A program made the translations under genes and the position numbers. DNA of 64,000 bases, taken from positions 5,742,724-5,806,723 of the forward strand of contig MU054338.1 in assembly GCA_013239625.1 (NCBI GenBank), written 5' to 3'. The DNA is from Lama guanicoe. Taxonomy: Eukaryota. A model generated the notes under the pieces. That model was not told the DNA's origin. It ran no database searches and worked only from the letters and a program-made list of their open reading frames with translations. Shown piece after piece: positions 26,976 through 41,390 of this stretch. The stretch's first letter is position 1. The number at the start of each line of letters is the position of its first letter.

Positions 26976-28939
26976 AATTAATTAAATACTAAAAAAAGAG
27001 AGAAAACTGATGATGGTAACAAACTCAACATACCTTCCTGGGTTATAAATGAATTTATCTGGATTTTAACCCAGGCTTTTGTGAATCTACAACTCCACTT
27101 CAGAGGACATTTAGGAACTTCTGTCCTCGTACACAAGGAACAAATCCATTTAATCAAGTAGCTGAGTCAAGAAAATAAGCTAATTATATCAAATAAAATT
27201 AAGATCTTTCAAATAGCTTTTAATATAAATTTAGAGGAAATATACATGTGTAAAAATTAAGGTCATAAAGTTAATTTCCTATCTGACTTGCTTATTAACC
27301 ACAATATTTGATGCCCAACTTAGAGCTCATTTGGTGTTGGCTCTTAGAAAAACAGGTGGCCTTTCCAAGATGATTTCCAAAGAAGGGATTCTGGATGATT
27401 TAGGATGCTTCTATCACAAGTGCCTGAAGACTTAAACACCAGATGCTTCAACAATAAGGATAGGATGTCAGCAAAAATGATGAAGTAGAGAAATCCAAAA
27501 GCCTGCACTTCCAAGACTGTTCAATAAACTGACCAAAAAAAAAAAATCAGAATTAAGTTTTTCAGAATTCTGGCATCCAAACTAAAGCTTCCAACAAGGG
27601 GAATGCCTCAGGAAGAAAAAATGCTTGAATTTCGTTATAGCACTTTATGTTTTAATTTACTTTGGTACCATTCTTGACTCCCCAGCTCAAAAGAGATCTT
27701 TTAAACAACAACCCCCAATCTTAGTACAGGTTACTAGTACCACAAGAAGTTATACGAACACTATTCTGAAAGATCATGTCTCTTTGTTTTGACCTACCCT
27801 GTGGCTTTCTGAGGACTGTTGTAAGACTTACCTTTAGTTCACCTGTCATGGAACTTTCCTAGGGCTGAGGTGGCAACGCGAGGCATGTTTGTTGAAAGGT
27901 AAATGTATTAGCTGCTACCAGGAGTGAGAGATAACATTGGGAAAGACTCTAGAAAAAGTCTAAAGCATTGGAGGAAAGGCTGGGGAAAGAGATGCTTTGC
28001 ATAATAAAGCCTTTTTAAAAAGCTCCCACATATTCCATGGAATTTAGCAAGTCATGCAAAGCTCTTGGCTCATAATCAGGAAAAAAGCCCTGAGAAGGTC
28101 CTAAGCTCTCACTTCTGACTGACCTGCAAACCTAAGCAAGAAGTGAAGGCTAAGGCAGAGCTGCAAATTGCCCGGCTGGATGTTAAAGGCTTGCTCCAAC
28201 ACACAAGAGAGCTGACCTGCAGAGACAGGAAAATACACTTCTGATTTTTTGTTTTGTTTTGTCTTTTAGCATTTAAGAAAATCGTTTAGTCACTGGCTGA
28301 CCTTTAGGTTAATGGAACAAAAACTTCAGTGACAGTATATGATAAAGACTATAGAATTCACAAGATTGGATCAGAAAATACCCTAAACAAAGTAACAACT
28401 GTTAAAATAAGGAGCAACTACAATTGCTGGTTAGAGGGGAGAACCTGATTTCCACAGTTGTAACACGAGAATATGAACTAATATTTCACATGTCAAGTTT
28501 TTATCAAAAAATATGTTTTTACAAAGACACAAGAAAAATGGCTCACATTTAGGAAAATTAATTAATAAAAATTGTTCCTGTAGAAGCCCTCAGGGGTTAC
28601 TAAACAAACATTCTATCTGGTGGTTGTTGTTTTCCCTCCTTTCTTGAGTGTACATCTTCATAAGCTTTTTAGTAGTCGTATGTTGAAAACATTAGGGCAT
28701 TGTTAGGGCAGAATCAGAAGCCATGGTTACTGACAACTTAACCATCTATTTTCTTCTCTTTTTCCATGCCCACATTTACTACCTCATCTTAATTTACAAA
28801 CAAAACCCTGAAAACCTATAAAAATAAGTGCTTTTTGGTCTATCTAGGAGTAATAAAGAACATTTGCTGGTATATTTGGGGAAGAAAATAAAATTTGTGT
28901 GGATTATTTCAACTTTAATAAAGCATGAGGTTTTTTTTT

Positions 28940-29470
28940 AATAAGCATAGAATTATCTTATGACCCAGCATTTCACTCCTAGATATATACCCCCCAAAAC
29001 TGGACACAGGTGTTCAACCCAAAATTTTTATATGAATATTCATAGCAGCACTATACCTAAAAAGTGTGAGCAACCCCAATATCCATCAACTGATGAATGG
29101 ATAAATAAACTGTGGTGTATGCATGCAATGGAATAAGATTCAGCCTTTAACAGAAATTAATTATGGACACTTGTATAAACTTTGAAAACAAAATGTTAGT
29201 GAAAAAAGCCAGACACACAAGGAGATATATTGTATGATTCTATTTATATGAAGTGTCCAGAAGAGATCTGTCTATAGACAGAAAGTAAATTAGTCATTTC
29301 CAGAGCCTGGGGAGTGAGTCCTTAATTGGTATGGGGTTTCCTTGGGATAATAAAAAGGTTCTGGCATCAGATAGTGGTGGTAATTGCACAACACTCTGAA
29401 TGTACTAAAACCCACTGAACTGTACTATTTCAAATGAATTGGATGTTATGTAGAGTTTATCTTAATCTAA
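28940..29470 (+). mobile_element. old L1 (L1M-type) 3' end
   Basis: ATGACCCAGCATTTCACTCCTAG, CCATCAACTGATGAATGGATAAATAAACTGTGG and GATAGTGGTGGTAATTGCACAAC. Confidence 0.8.
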
Positions 29471-29475
29471 ATAGT

Positions 29476-29550
29476 TAGATAGATGATGATGATAGATAGA
29501 TAGATAGATAGATAGACTGATTGATTGATTGACTGATTGATTGATTGATT
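29476..29550. repeat. compound (GATA)n/(GATT)n microsatellite
   Basis: Seen directly in the sequence. Confidence 0.95.
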
Positions 29551-30019
29551 ATCTCCCACAACAGAGTCTCAAGATCTCCTGAGGCTCAAGGATTAAATGC
29601 TGTATCAACAGTCTAATTAATACTCCACAAGTTGTAGATTTCAGTTTTCTCTCATAGGGAGAGTGTTCCCTCCATTGTCACCAATCATATTCTTGGCCCA
29701 AAATGTAAGAGAAATTGTATTACTTTACACTTTAAGTGTTAAGTGTTTCCTTCCAGAAGCCCCAAGCAAACTTTATGGGTCAGGGTAGAACCAAAACCCA
29801 TAATTAAGCCATGCTTTCAACAGTGTCATTATTGTATTCAATTCCTACTCTCTTTGTTTTCAGGATGAGAAGAAAAGTTCATGTCACTGAAGTCTGAGAG
29901 ATGGTGATGTTTAGACAAGCTCAAGTAGATTATGGACATCAACGATCCCTTTGCAGATTCCATTTATGTGTTCCCTTGGTTATTTTCATATCATTTGATT
30001 ATCAAACTTCTTATTGTAG

Positions 30020-32035
30020 ATTTTTCCTTTCCATGTGTAGAAGACACTTTAACATTTCTTTTAGGCTGGGTTTGGTGTTGATGAACTCTTTCAGTTTTTG
30101 CTTGTCTGAGAAGTCCTTTACTTCTTTTTCAATTCTGAACAATAACCTTGCTGGGTAGAAGACCCTAGGTGTTAGGTGTTTCCATTTCACTACTTTGAAT
30201 ATATCATGCCACTCCCTTCTGGCCTACAAAGTTCTTGAACAAAAATCAGCTGATAGCCTGAAGGGGATATCTCTTGTACGTGACTCTGTTTTTCTCTTGC
30301 TATCTTTAGAATTCTCTCTTCCTCTTAAACTTTTGTCATTTTACTTGTAATGTGTCTTGGTGTCTTTAGGTTCATCTTGTTTGGAACGCTCTTGCTTCAA
30401 CACCTGGATATCTTTTCCTTCTTCAGGTCCAGAAGTTTTTAGTCATAATTTCATCAAATACATTTTCAACCCTTTATTATTCTCCTCCGGGACCCCTATA
30501 ATTGGAACATTGGTACAGTTCCTGTTATCTCATAGGTCCCTTATACTTTTCTCATTTTTCATTTGATTTTCCTTTTGCTGTTCTGATTGGGCGACTTCCA
30601 TTAGTCTACCTTCCAGACATCTTACATGCTCTTTAGTATCACCTAGTTTGCTGTTAATTCCTTCTTGTGTTTTTCATTTCAGTTATTCAATTCTTCACTT
30701 CTGACTGGTTCTTTTTTATGTTTTCTAGTTCTTTGCTAAAATTCTCGGTGTGTTAATCTCCTCTTTTCCAAGTTCAGTTGGCATTCTTACCACTAATGCT
30801 CTGAAAACTTTATGTGGTAAGTTGTCTCTGCTTCATTAGTTGTTCTTTCACGGTTTTTTTCTTTGTTATTTTATTTGAAACAATTTCCTCTGTCTTCTTA
30901 TTTTGCTTAACTTTCTCTGTCTATATGAAATTAGGTGAAACAGTTGTCGATCCTGGTCTTGAAGGGGTGCCCTTGTGTCAGAGCATCTGTATACAGACCG
31001 TATGTGCTCAGTGGCATTGGTGGGGGAGCTGGATCTGAAGTGAGCACAAGTCACATCTTTCCCCCCGGGGTGTGCTGGCATCTATCACCTTGATAGGAGG
31101 CAGCCAGGAGATGGAGAAGCTAAAGCCAGAGCTGGGTTTGAGCTGAGGCTTCTCTTCTGCTCAGTGACCAACACCACCCAATTGAAGATTGGGTCAGGTC
31201 AATGTTGCTGGAGCAGAAGCTCTAAGGTTCAATTCTGAGCTGGTTCTGTGCCCTCTAAGTTTGCTCTCCTCTCTCTCAGCATTGGCCCCTTTGCCCCAGA
31301 GAGGGGCAGTGCTGGAGCAAGACGAGCAGAGCAGGCACCCACTGTGAACCAGGGTGTGTGCCTAGGTGGTCCAGGCAGACCAGTGAGAATTCCTCATGCT
31401 CTCGATCTGCTGCCCCTAGTGAATGGTGGTAATTGCTGCCTTTCCCCTGTTCAGATGCTGTGCTGGGTCCATCCCCCTGAACGCTGCACTTTCCTCAACC
31501 ATAGCACCCTTTGTCCTAGTGGAGAGCTGCACTGTGGAGTAAGAGGGGCCACGGCTGGCACGTGACATGCATTGGGGTATGCAGGACAGTCACAGGAAAT
31601 GTCCAGAGTCCCAGGCAATTTCAATCTGCTTCCTCCACCTTTTTTCAGGAGTACTGAAGCATGTGCACACTTTTCACGAGCAGTCTCATGTCAGTCCCAC
31701 TGGTTTTCAATCCAGCTAAGGCGACTCATCCTCCCGATGTCAGACTCCTGGGCTAGGTCGCCCAGGATGCGGCTGGATCCACTCCCTCTCCAGGGAGGAT
31801 CTCTGAGCCTGTGGAATCCTTCTGGGTCTCCTTCTAGGGGTGTCGGTCCTGACCTGATTCCTTCTCTTCTTTCCTACCTGACTCTGTGTGGATCGTTCTT
31901 ACAGCCTCGGTTGTATAAGAGTTTTTCTGGCTGTGCCGTTAGTTTTCAATGAGAACTGCCCCACGTGTAGATGGATTCTTGATGTGCCCAAGGGGGGAGG
32001 TGAGCTCCACTTCTCCTGCTCCCCCAACTTGACCT
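30020..32035 (-). mobile_element. L1-related ORF1 and 5' region, antisense
   Basis: ATATCATGCCACTCCCTTCTGGCCT and AAAATCAGCTGATAGCCT, ending GGGGGAGGTGAGCTCCAC...CCCAACTTGA, as in L1/HAL1 5' ends. Confidence 0.65.
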
Positions 32036-32854
32036 CTTCCACCTGTGCTTAAGTTTTTGAGTTACTACCAGGCTGTTTTCCAGAGCAGCTGCACCAGTTA
32101 CATCACCACCAGCAAGGTACAAATGTTCTAATTCTCAGCATCCTCATCACTCCTTGTTATTTTGATAGTTATTTTTTAAGATAATAGCCATCCTAATGGA
32201 TGCCAAGTGGTATCTTGTGGGTTTGATTTGCATTTGGAAACAAGAACTGCTGCTGAGCAACTTTTCATGGATTTGTTGACCATTTGTATATCTCCTTTGG
32301 TGAAATGTCTACTCAAGTTCTGTGTTCACTTTGTAATTGGGTTGTGGTTTTTGTTGCTGCTGTGAGGTTGTAGGAGTTCTTCATTTACCCTGGATATTAA
32401 TTCATTAACAAGTTAAGATTTACAAGTATTTTGCCCCTTTTGCTTTGTTGCCCCTTCATTCCATTGATAGCTCAATGGCTCTGAAGCTCTGAAGCTTCTG
32501 AAGCTCAATGGCTCTCATTTGGGTGAAGCCAAATATGTCTACTTTTAAATTTTGTTGCTTGTGCACTGAAGACTATAGAGAAAGAGTTAGGAAGAAACCG
32601 TGTCCTTGGTGACACTGAGCCACAGATGGTCCAGCCCAGCTTCACCACATGCTGGAGATTCAGCGTCAATGCATTGGGGCTTATCTGCACCTGAAAGCAT
32701 TGTTCCTCAATCAGGAATGGAGTCCACAGTTGGTGTGTCTCGCTGTTTTATCAGGGGAGAGCAACATGTGCAGTGACAGGAAAGGTGACAATTTTTAAAT
32801 GTGGTAAAAATGAAGAAGTTCTGAAAATTAATGTTGAGTCTGCTTTCTCCCCAG

Positions 32855-33755
32855 ATGCAGAGCAGTGTGTCCAGTGCCCAGACCATGAGTATCCAAACAG
32901 TGACAGAAATCACTGTCTCCCCAAAATTGTGACCTTCCTGGCCTTCGAGGATGCCTTGGGGATGTCACTTGCCGGCACAGATTTGTGCTTCTGTGTTGTC
33001 ACAGCTGTGGTTTTGCGGGTCTTTGTGAAGCACCGAGACACCCCATAGTCAAGGCCAATAGTCGGGCTCTCGGCTACGACCTGCTCATCTCCCTCCTGTG
33101 CTTCCTCTGCTCCTTACTCTTCACTGGCCGTCCCAACACAGCCACCTGCATCCTCCAGCAAGTCACATTTGGAGCTGTGTTCACTGTGGCTGTTGCCACT
33201 GTGTTGGCCAAAACCCTCACTGTGATTCTGGCATTCAAGGCCATGAAACCAGGCAGAACCAGGAGGCGACTGCTGGTGACAGGCGCGTCTATGTCATTCC
33301 CATCTGCTCCCTGATCCAAGTGATGATCTGTGGGGTCTGGCTGGGAACCGCTCCGTCTTCCATTGAGATGGACACACATTCTGAGCCCGAGAACCTCGTC
33401 ACCATATGCAACAAGGGCTCGGTCACCGCCTTCTACTGTGTCCTGGGATACCCGGGCTCCTCAGCCCTGGGGAGCTTCTCCTTGGCTTTCCTGGCCCGGA
33501 ACCTGCCTGACACCTTCAGTGAAGCCAAGCTCCTGCCCTTCAGCATGCTGGTGTTCTGCAGTGTCTGGGTCGCCTTCCCACAGCACCCAGGGCACGGTCA
33601 TGGTGGCCGTGGGGCCCTCCTCCATCGTGGCTTCCAGTGCGGGCTTACTAGGCTGCATCTTTGCCCCAAAGTGCTACGTTATTCTGATAAGACCTGATAA
33701 GAACTCTACGAAAGGTTTAAGGAAGCAAATGGTTTCTCAGAGAAATAGGCATTGA
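32855..33755 (+). pseudogene. V2R last (7TM) exon pseudogene with several frameshifts
   Basis: DAEQCVQCPDHEYPN...VFVKHRDTP / IVKANSRALGYDLLISLLCFLCSLLFTGRP...LAKTLTVILAFKAMKP / [29 protein letters not shown] / [15 protein letters not shown], split across frames near 33045, 33290 and 33580. Confidence 0.95.
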
Positions 33756-34789
33756 GGTTTTACATCATAAGTCTCTATCACGTATTTGGCTTTTGAACAG
33801 TAAATCACTCAGGCAGATACAATTTTGTTCTTTCATTCAGATATTAGAAAACAACCAAAAGTGCTTTACCTCTTTTTATCAAGGGATTCTCCCCTTTGTT
33901 GTTAAGAGTCTCTCGAAGAGTCTGCCCTCAGTCATCAAGGCTCAAAGACAGGTATTGTATCTCATTTTAATGGCCATTCTCAAAGTTTTTGCTCTTGAAT
34001 CTAGCCATTTCTTCCAACACTGAGTAACCAGTAAGCACATCCTTATTGTTTCAGATACTCCTCTACCCCAGAAAGCTCATTTGATAACTAAAAACTTTTC
34101 AGACCACCCTTTACTGTACTGTCTCTGTTTTGTTTCATGAAGTGACACTTGGTGTAAACGTTCATATTAGGGTAAAATTCTCAGCTATACACGCTTGTCC
34201 CATTGTTAGTGCAACTCTTTTAGAGACTTTAATTTAAAATAACATTTTAATTTAACAATAAATTTTAAAACATAATTTTATTTCTGAAATGGAATCTGGC
34301 TAATTTTGAACAGCAGTAGTGTACTTTCCTCATCTTTTTCATCATAACTTTCTAACTTACTTTTTTGGCAACTTTGTCAAATCTAAGCTTCCATATAAAT
34401 ATGGGATTCTTTCTGGGGCCTCTGTATTCTTATTCAACTTGTTCATTTTTTTTCTTCCAATAAAGAACTTTAGAGAATGTTTGGCATATGACTTTTTTCT
34501 GTATCCTCTCTTATGTTTTTCTTGCCCTGAGACAAGTTCTTATTTCTCTTTGAAAGACTTCCTTTCCTTGTGTATTTGAGAATCAACATCTTTACTCTCT
34601 AAAGATTATATTACAGTTCTGACTTTATGGTGCTGAATCGAATGCTTTGGATGAAAATGAGTGCAACAGTACTGTAATCACTGATAAGGATGGTGTACCT
34701 CTATTTAAGCAGGAATTTTATTTCCTCTCAAAACCTTATCATATTTTGTTTCATTTGCTCTCTTGTCTTTGCTCTAGAATTCATTGAGT

Positions 34790-36250
34790 TGCCATTATTT
34801 TTATTATTATCTTCCTTCCAGTTGCTCTGAGTTTATTCTCTTCTTTGTTTTTAAATTTTTTGAGGCGGGAGCTCAGACGATTGATTTCAGACATCCTTCA
34901 CTTCTAACATAAGCACATGGTGCAATAAACTTCCTTCCCGGCACTATTTTCTTTGCATTCCACAAATTTTGACATGCTGTATTTTCATGTTCCTTATTTC
35001 TTATTTATTTTTAAAAAACTTTCCTTTGAGAGTTTCAATTTTTACCATGTGGTATTTATAAGTGTGTTGAATGATTTCCAGTTGTTTGGAGATTTTCTTG
35101 TTTTCTTTACGCCATTGACTGAAAACCGTTTCCACTACAGTCAGAGAACACATTGTGTATGATTTCAATTCTTTCCATTTCTTGAGTTTTTTTAAATGAC
35201 CCAGAATATGTTCCACTTTGCTGGATGCCCCACGGGGACTTGATAGCAATGTGCATTCTGCTGTTGTTGCATGCACTGTCTTAAAAAAGCCATCTGACTG
35301 TTCTATAAACGTCAGCTTGATACCGGTGCTTGACGGTCGTTCAGTTCTTCTGTATTCTTGCTGACTTTTTTTGGGGAGTCCTGTCCATTGCTGAGGGGCG
35401 TATTGAATTTTCCAAGTATAATTTTGCATTCCTCTATTTTTCCTTTCAGTTACATATTCCGATTGTTTTTTAGATTTCGGTAGGTCTTTTTCCCCCTGGC
35501 GTATTTATTGAAGAGACTGTCTTTTCTCCATTGTATATTCTTGGCTCTCTTCTCATATACTAGTTGACTCTATGTGCATATTCGTGGGCTGTCTAGCCTG
35601 TTCTGTTGGTCTCTGTGTCTCTTTTTATGTCACTACCAATATATATTGATTACTGTAGCTTTGGAATATAATTTGAAACCAGAAATGTGATGCTTCCTGC
35701 TTTGATTTTCTTCTCAGAATTGCTTTGTCTGTTTAGGGACTTTTGTGGTTTTCTACAAATATTAGGACTGGCTTTTCTATTTCTGTAGAAAACACCATCG
35801 AATCTTGATAAGGTTTTCATTGACTCTATAGATGGCTTTGGGTGTTATGGACAGTTTAACAATATTAATTCTTTTGATTCATGGACATGGGCTGCCTGTC
35901 TCTTTATGCCTTCAATTTCTTTTCTTAATGTCTTATAGTTCCCAGTGTAGATATCTTTCACCCCCTTGGTTATATTTATTCCTACGCTTTATATTATATT
36001 GATGTTGTTGGCGCTGGGGTTTTTAAGTTTCTTTTTCAGTTGTTTGGAAATACAATTAAGACAAATACAAATGACTTTTTATTGACCTATAGTTGACTTA
36101 CAATATTGTGCTAGTTTCAGGCATACAGCAAAATGATTCAGTTTTATATTTATATTTCTTGTTCAGATTCTCTTCCATTATAGGTTATTACAAGAGACTG
36201 AATATAAGTCCCTGTGCTATACAGTAAATCCTTCTGTTTATCCATGTTAT
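34790..36250 (-). mobile_element. L1 ORF2 and 3' fragments, antisense
   Basis: Minus ORF 35001-35429 includes endonuclease-like TTAECTLLSSPRGASSKVEHILGH. RT-region sequence follows, and an L1 3'UTR lies at 36080-36250. Confidence 0.8.
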
Positions 36251-37596
36251 ATATAATTAAACAGGAATTCTATTGCTCTAGGCTTTTAAATTTCAATGTT
36301 CTCTCTGGACAAGCACATACAAACACTGATGTAAAAATCAGAAACATACCCGAAAACTTAAAACCTTTCATATTACACCTTGAGGTTCTCTCTTTGGTTC
36401 CATAATTTTCTGCCTTTCCTCACGTTGAATTTCTCAATTAACTTACAGTTGCAGAGTTCAAGTGCTAAGAGAATCTAGGGCCAAAGGGCTGCAATATTCA
36501 TGGATAAAGAAATCTAAAGGGAAGAAAGAAATATGGGAAGCAGGACAGACAAGCAGCCTGCTTCCCATGGAACAGAAGGCAAACCACATTCAGAAACACC
36601 TGCTAAGAGCATGAAAAAAGGAAACAAATGTTAACACCAGCAATGTAAAATTGTTATATTTTGCTTTTCTGAAATTCACCTCTTTCTTCAGTTTACACTT
36701 TTGTAAAATGGAGACTTCAAAAAAAAAGTGAATAAATCTTTTTTGTGTGACAAACGCAGGAAGGAGCAATGCTGACAGGACAGATGACCCAGGAAGTTTC
36801 CCAAGATATACCCACACCCAGAGGACTTCCCGTAGGATGTCTGTGCCCAGAAAAGATTTTGGCAGGAGAGGCATAAGATTTCATACAACACAGTTCCAGG
36901 TGGTTATTCTCTGCTTTCTTCTCATAGTAAAATATCCACAAACAAACAAACCAAAAATAAATAACCCTTTCAAAATCAGCAATTCATTGGCTGTGGGAAA
37001 ATGATAACAAAATACGGCACCTCTTCAAATGCACCACGGAGGACAATTAGTTGATAATGTTGCCATGAATTAGAGACAAGTTGCCTTTGGGAAGGCGGGG
37101 AGGGATCTAGAAATTTAGAGATTTATTGTCAGCCACTGGGAGAGCTAGGATGGAGGGAGTGTGTTGTGAATTTGAGACTGTGCTTCCCAAACATTTGGAA
37201 AACTCAGGAGACAGCGAGTCCCCTTGGGAGAAAGGAGGTAGTGCGGACCCCACAGACCACAGCTTCTTCCATGCATAAAGCCCAGACACCCAGGCTGAGG
37301 ACCCTCCCCGTGGTCACCGCACAATCTAGGGGAGACGAGGGGCTGCGGCGTAGAGTTACGCAGAGAGGCTCCAGGGTCAAGGCCAAAGTCAGCGCGCGCA
37401 GTGACACGACAGGAAATCGGGGTCCAGGCTGCGGGTCCAGCCCTTATGCTGCGAGTCACGGGACACTGAGGTCAGAGCGGCCTCCTGGGCAGAGTCGGGT
37501 GCGCAGACTCCGGAGTCGACCATGGGGGAGTCAGGATCCCACCGCCCCCAGTTCAGGCTTAAACCCTCCCCGTGTCCTGGGACACAGGCCCCACAC

Positions 37597-37880
37597 ACTC
37601 ACCATTTCCGGGCTTCTGGGGTCCCCCGGCGCCCTCCCTTCCAGTCCCGCTGCCAGTGCAGGTCACAGCGCTGCAGACGCGGCGGCAGAAACGCCTGGGG
37701 CATCAGGCGCAGGTGAAAGGAGCCTCCACGTGGTTGGCTGAGCGTCGCCCCACCCACCTCCCCTTGTGCACCCCTAATTGGACAGGTCACATAAACCCGC
37801 CCCCTCTCCCTGAGTGACAACAGGGCAGGGACACGTGATCCAATGAAAGTGCTTCCACCAGTGGACGGGAACTTGTCCTT
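37597..37880 (-). promoter_or_regulatory. KRAB-ZNF-type promoter and ATG-only first exon (orphan copy)
   Basis: GAAGCCCGGAA-ATG|GTGAGTG (ATG 37605-37603), with CTAATTGG, CCCGCCCC and CCTGAGTGACA upstream. Confidence 0.7.
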
Positions 37881-40489
37881 TCCTAGGATGCTTGCTTTTA
37901 CACAACACTTGTTCATAGGTATTCTTAACAAATGCTTTGCAAAATCATAGGATGAAAATTACAGGATTTATGGGGAAACTGGAATTGGGGTTCAATACTC
38001 AAAAACTGCCCGGACATAAAAAAAAAAATAGTAATCTAATAAAACAGCAGTTTTACATATGTTGAATAGTTAAGAATTATAAAACCACTAAAGGATATAG
38101 AACACTTTTACCCTGAAAGGGTTCTGTCCTTTGCCTGTAGGAGGGGTCATCAGAAAGCTTGGACCTTGTGAGTTATCCTCAAGAGGTGGAAGGAGGCTTA
38201 CCTGAAACCACAGTGAGTCAGAACCCAAGATGGATATGGGGATCCCTCCTAACACCTACGGACTGAGCTGGTAGATTTCCGAGCTGTGCACATGCGTTTT
38301 GTGTCTGCCGGTGCGACTAGGTTCAGCTGGGCGCGGTTTCCTGCACTTAACTCTCGTTTCGTTTGTGCGCCTTGCAGATGAAATTGCACAGAAGCAATAC
38401 AAAATTTTACATTATGTTCAAGTTTTCCCCTAATATATTGGGTGACACAGAAAATAAAATCATGTTCTCAAAACAAGCATTATCCCAGAACTGACTGTAT
38501 GTAGACATAATTTTTTTCTAAACCACTTGAAAGTTGAAAATATCATGACACTTCACCATTTAGTATTTCAGTAAGAATCACCAAACTCGGATGATTGTCC
38601 TGTGTAACCATGATACAAACACCATGCTTCAGAAATTAAGAAAACCTTGGTGTCATCTAATATGCAGTGCATTTTCCAAATTTTCCCCAAAATCTCAACT
38701 TTATAGGTGGCCCTTTTGAAACTAGAATTCAATCAAGCTCCGTATATGAATTAGATTGTCTTTTTCGTATCCGTCTATTTGGAATAGTCATATTTGGAAC
38801 TCTTCCCTTCAACCAGTTTTTACCATGATATTGACCTTTACAGACACCAGAACAGAATCTGCCTTTGTCTGCTTGCTTTAGATGTGCTCTTGAATAGGGC
38901 TATACTTGAGTGGAATTATTCATAAAGTAAGTCTTATTAAATGAGTAAATTGGAAAAAAATTATTCATTGTCAAATCATTGTCAGATTGCTCCCGAGACA
39001 AATTCTCAAACAAGACATGAAGGATAAAGCTATCAAGAAGGGTCTTCAAAGGTGCCCTGGTAGGAGGGGGAAGCCAAGCCAAGACAAACTACTGGCTCCT
39101 AGCTGTTTCTCACGTGTTCCCATGCCAGTCCTATAAGGGTTTTGAAAGGTTTCAAGGTTGAGCAAGGAAAAAGATATGACCACTAGATGGCAGTAGACAC
39201 ACAAGCTTTATTGGGCAAATGTCTCTTGCATGCAGGAGAGGTACCTGGGATCATGACACCTTCAAGAGGTTGTAACATGGGAATCACTACTCAGAAGGGA
39301 AGAAGGGCAAGGGAAATCCTACTGGAGAGAGGGGAGGTGGTTAGAGAGGAAGCCTACATGTCCAGATGATGTCACTCAACAACCTGGTGGGTGTCTCTGG
39401 GTTAGACAACTCTGAAGGGCAGCAGAGGCTTAAGTTTTTATACTGAATAGGTTTATCTTTCTCTGCATAACAGACTTTTGATAAATAAACCACTCAGATA
39501 ATATTATCCATATTATGTATAACTATTCATTATTGTCTATAATTTTTTTCATTCAGATATTAGAAAACAATCAAAACAGCTTTAGCTCTATTCATCAGGG
39601 GATTTCCCCCCTTCTTTTAAATGTCTCGGTGAACAACTACTCTCAGTCACCAAGACTCACAGATAGCTGTTCTCCCTCAGATCAATGACCAGCCTCAAAG
39701 CTTCTGCTACTGAATCTAGCCATGTCTTCCATCACTGAGTATACAGTAAGCACATCCTTATGACTACTGTATCCCAGAAATCTCATTTTATAACTAAGAT
39801 CTTTTCAGAATACCCTTATTGTAACTTACCTGTTTTGTTTGGTCAACTGACGTATAAAATTTCACATCTGCATATTTAAGTTGCACATGCTTTTCCCATG
39901 TGTTATTGAAACTCAGAGTTTGAAATTTTTAATTTAAAATACAATTTTAAATTAAATTTAAAATTAACATTTTATTTCTGAATGCAGAATTTAGCCTATT
40001 TTTACCAGTTATAATGTTTTCCTCATCCTTTTAAATCATAATTTTTTTAATTTACTTGAGTTGGCAACTTTATCAACTACTAAGCTTCCATGAGCCTCTG
40101 TATTTTAACTCAATTTGTTGGAGTTTTTTCTCCAACAATGAACTTTAAAGGATGTTTTCATAATATTGCCTTTATCCATAACCTCTCTCATGTTTCCCCT
40201 CCACCCCAGAAATTTATCATTACTCCTTGAAAAAACTTCCCATCTTGTGAATTTGAGAATCAACATCTCTGCTTAAGTGATATTATGGTTCTAACCTTAT
40301 TACTTTAAATCAAATACTTTGGGTGAAAATGAGCTCCTTGCAATATTGTAACTATTGATAAAAATGTACCTCTATTTAATCAGCAATTTTATTTCCTATC
40401 ATAATATTTCATCATATTTTGTTTCATTTTGTTGTATTGAGTTTAATTTTTAATATTTTATTTATTTTGTATTATTTAATATTTTTTTT

Positions 40490-40617
40490 ATTTTGGAGGA
40501 GGGTGGGAGCAGTAATGAGTAATTAGGTTTATTTATTTTTAGAGCAGGTACTGGGGATTGAGCTCAGGACCTCATGCATGCTAAGCATGTGCTCTGCTGC
40601 TTGAGCTATACCCCTCC
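40490..40617 (-). mobile_element. tRNA-derived SINE; copies at about 46980-47103 and 52270-52396
   Basis: GGTACTGGGGATTGAGCTCAGGACCTCATGCATGCTAAGCATGTG...GAGCTATACCCCTCC. Confidence 0.85.
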
Positions 40618-40639
40618 TTGTAATATTGGCTTTAGAAGT

Positions 40640-41310
40640 CATTGATGTGTCAATATTTTTATAATTACCTTCCTACCAATTGCTCTGAGTTTATTTTCCT
40701 CTTCCTTTTTCAATTTCTTGAGAAAGGGGCTCACATGATTCAAGTCAGACATTTCTTCTCTTTTACTGTAAGCATATAATGCAATCATTTTCCCTCTTAG
40801 CTCCATTTTATTTGCATCCCACAAATTGTGACATGCTGTATTTTCATGTTCATTGCTTTTACCTATTTTTAAAATTTCCTTTGAGAGTTTCTATTTTTAC
40901 AATAGGTTACTTACAAGTGTGTTGAACAATTTCCAATTATTTGGAGATTTTCTCATCATCTATATGTTATTGCTTTAAAATTGGTTCCCTCGTGGTCAGA
41001 GAACATACTCTGTATGATTTCAGTTCTTTTTATTTTGTGCTTTTTTTTTTAATGACCCTGAATATGTTATATTTTCGGGGATATTTCATGGGGTCTTGAT
41101 AATAATGTGTATTCTGCTATTGTTGAACGAAGCAGCCACCCAGTTTCAACCGAGTGTTCCACAAATGTCTGCTTGAGACTGGTGGTTGATGGTTGACCGG
41201 TTCTTCTATATTCTTGCTGCCTTTTTGTCAGTTACTGTTGTCAGTTGCTGAGGAGGGTACTGAAGTTCCCAGCTATTATTTTGGATTCCCCTATTTTTTC
41301 CACTCAGTTA
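40640..41310 (-). mobile_element. L1 ORF2 endonuclease-region fragment; copies at about 47125 and 52418
   Basis: WDANKMELRGKMIALYAYSKREE...LKKLKKEEE matches L1 ORF2 (WDAAKAVLRGKFIAL). Confidence 0.85.
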
Positions 41311-41390
41311 TCTCAGTTTTCTCAAGATTCAGTTTTATGTTGAGAATTTTCAAACAGAAAGAAAACCTCAAAGATTTTTACATGAACACT

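Noticed and set aside
29864..29960. Possible V2R internal exon after TTTGTTTTCAG
   Set aside because: No recognisable V2R motif in any frame.
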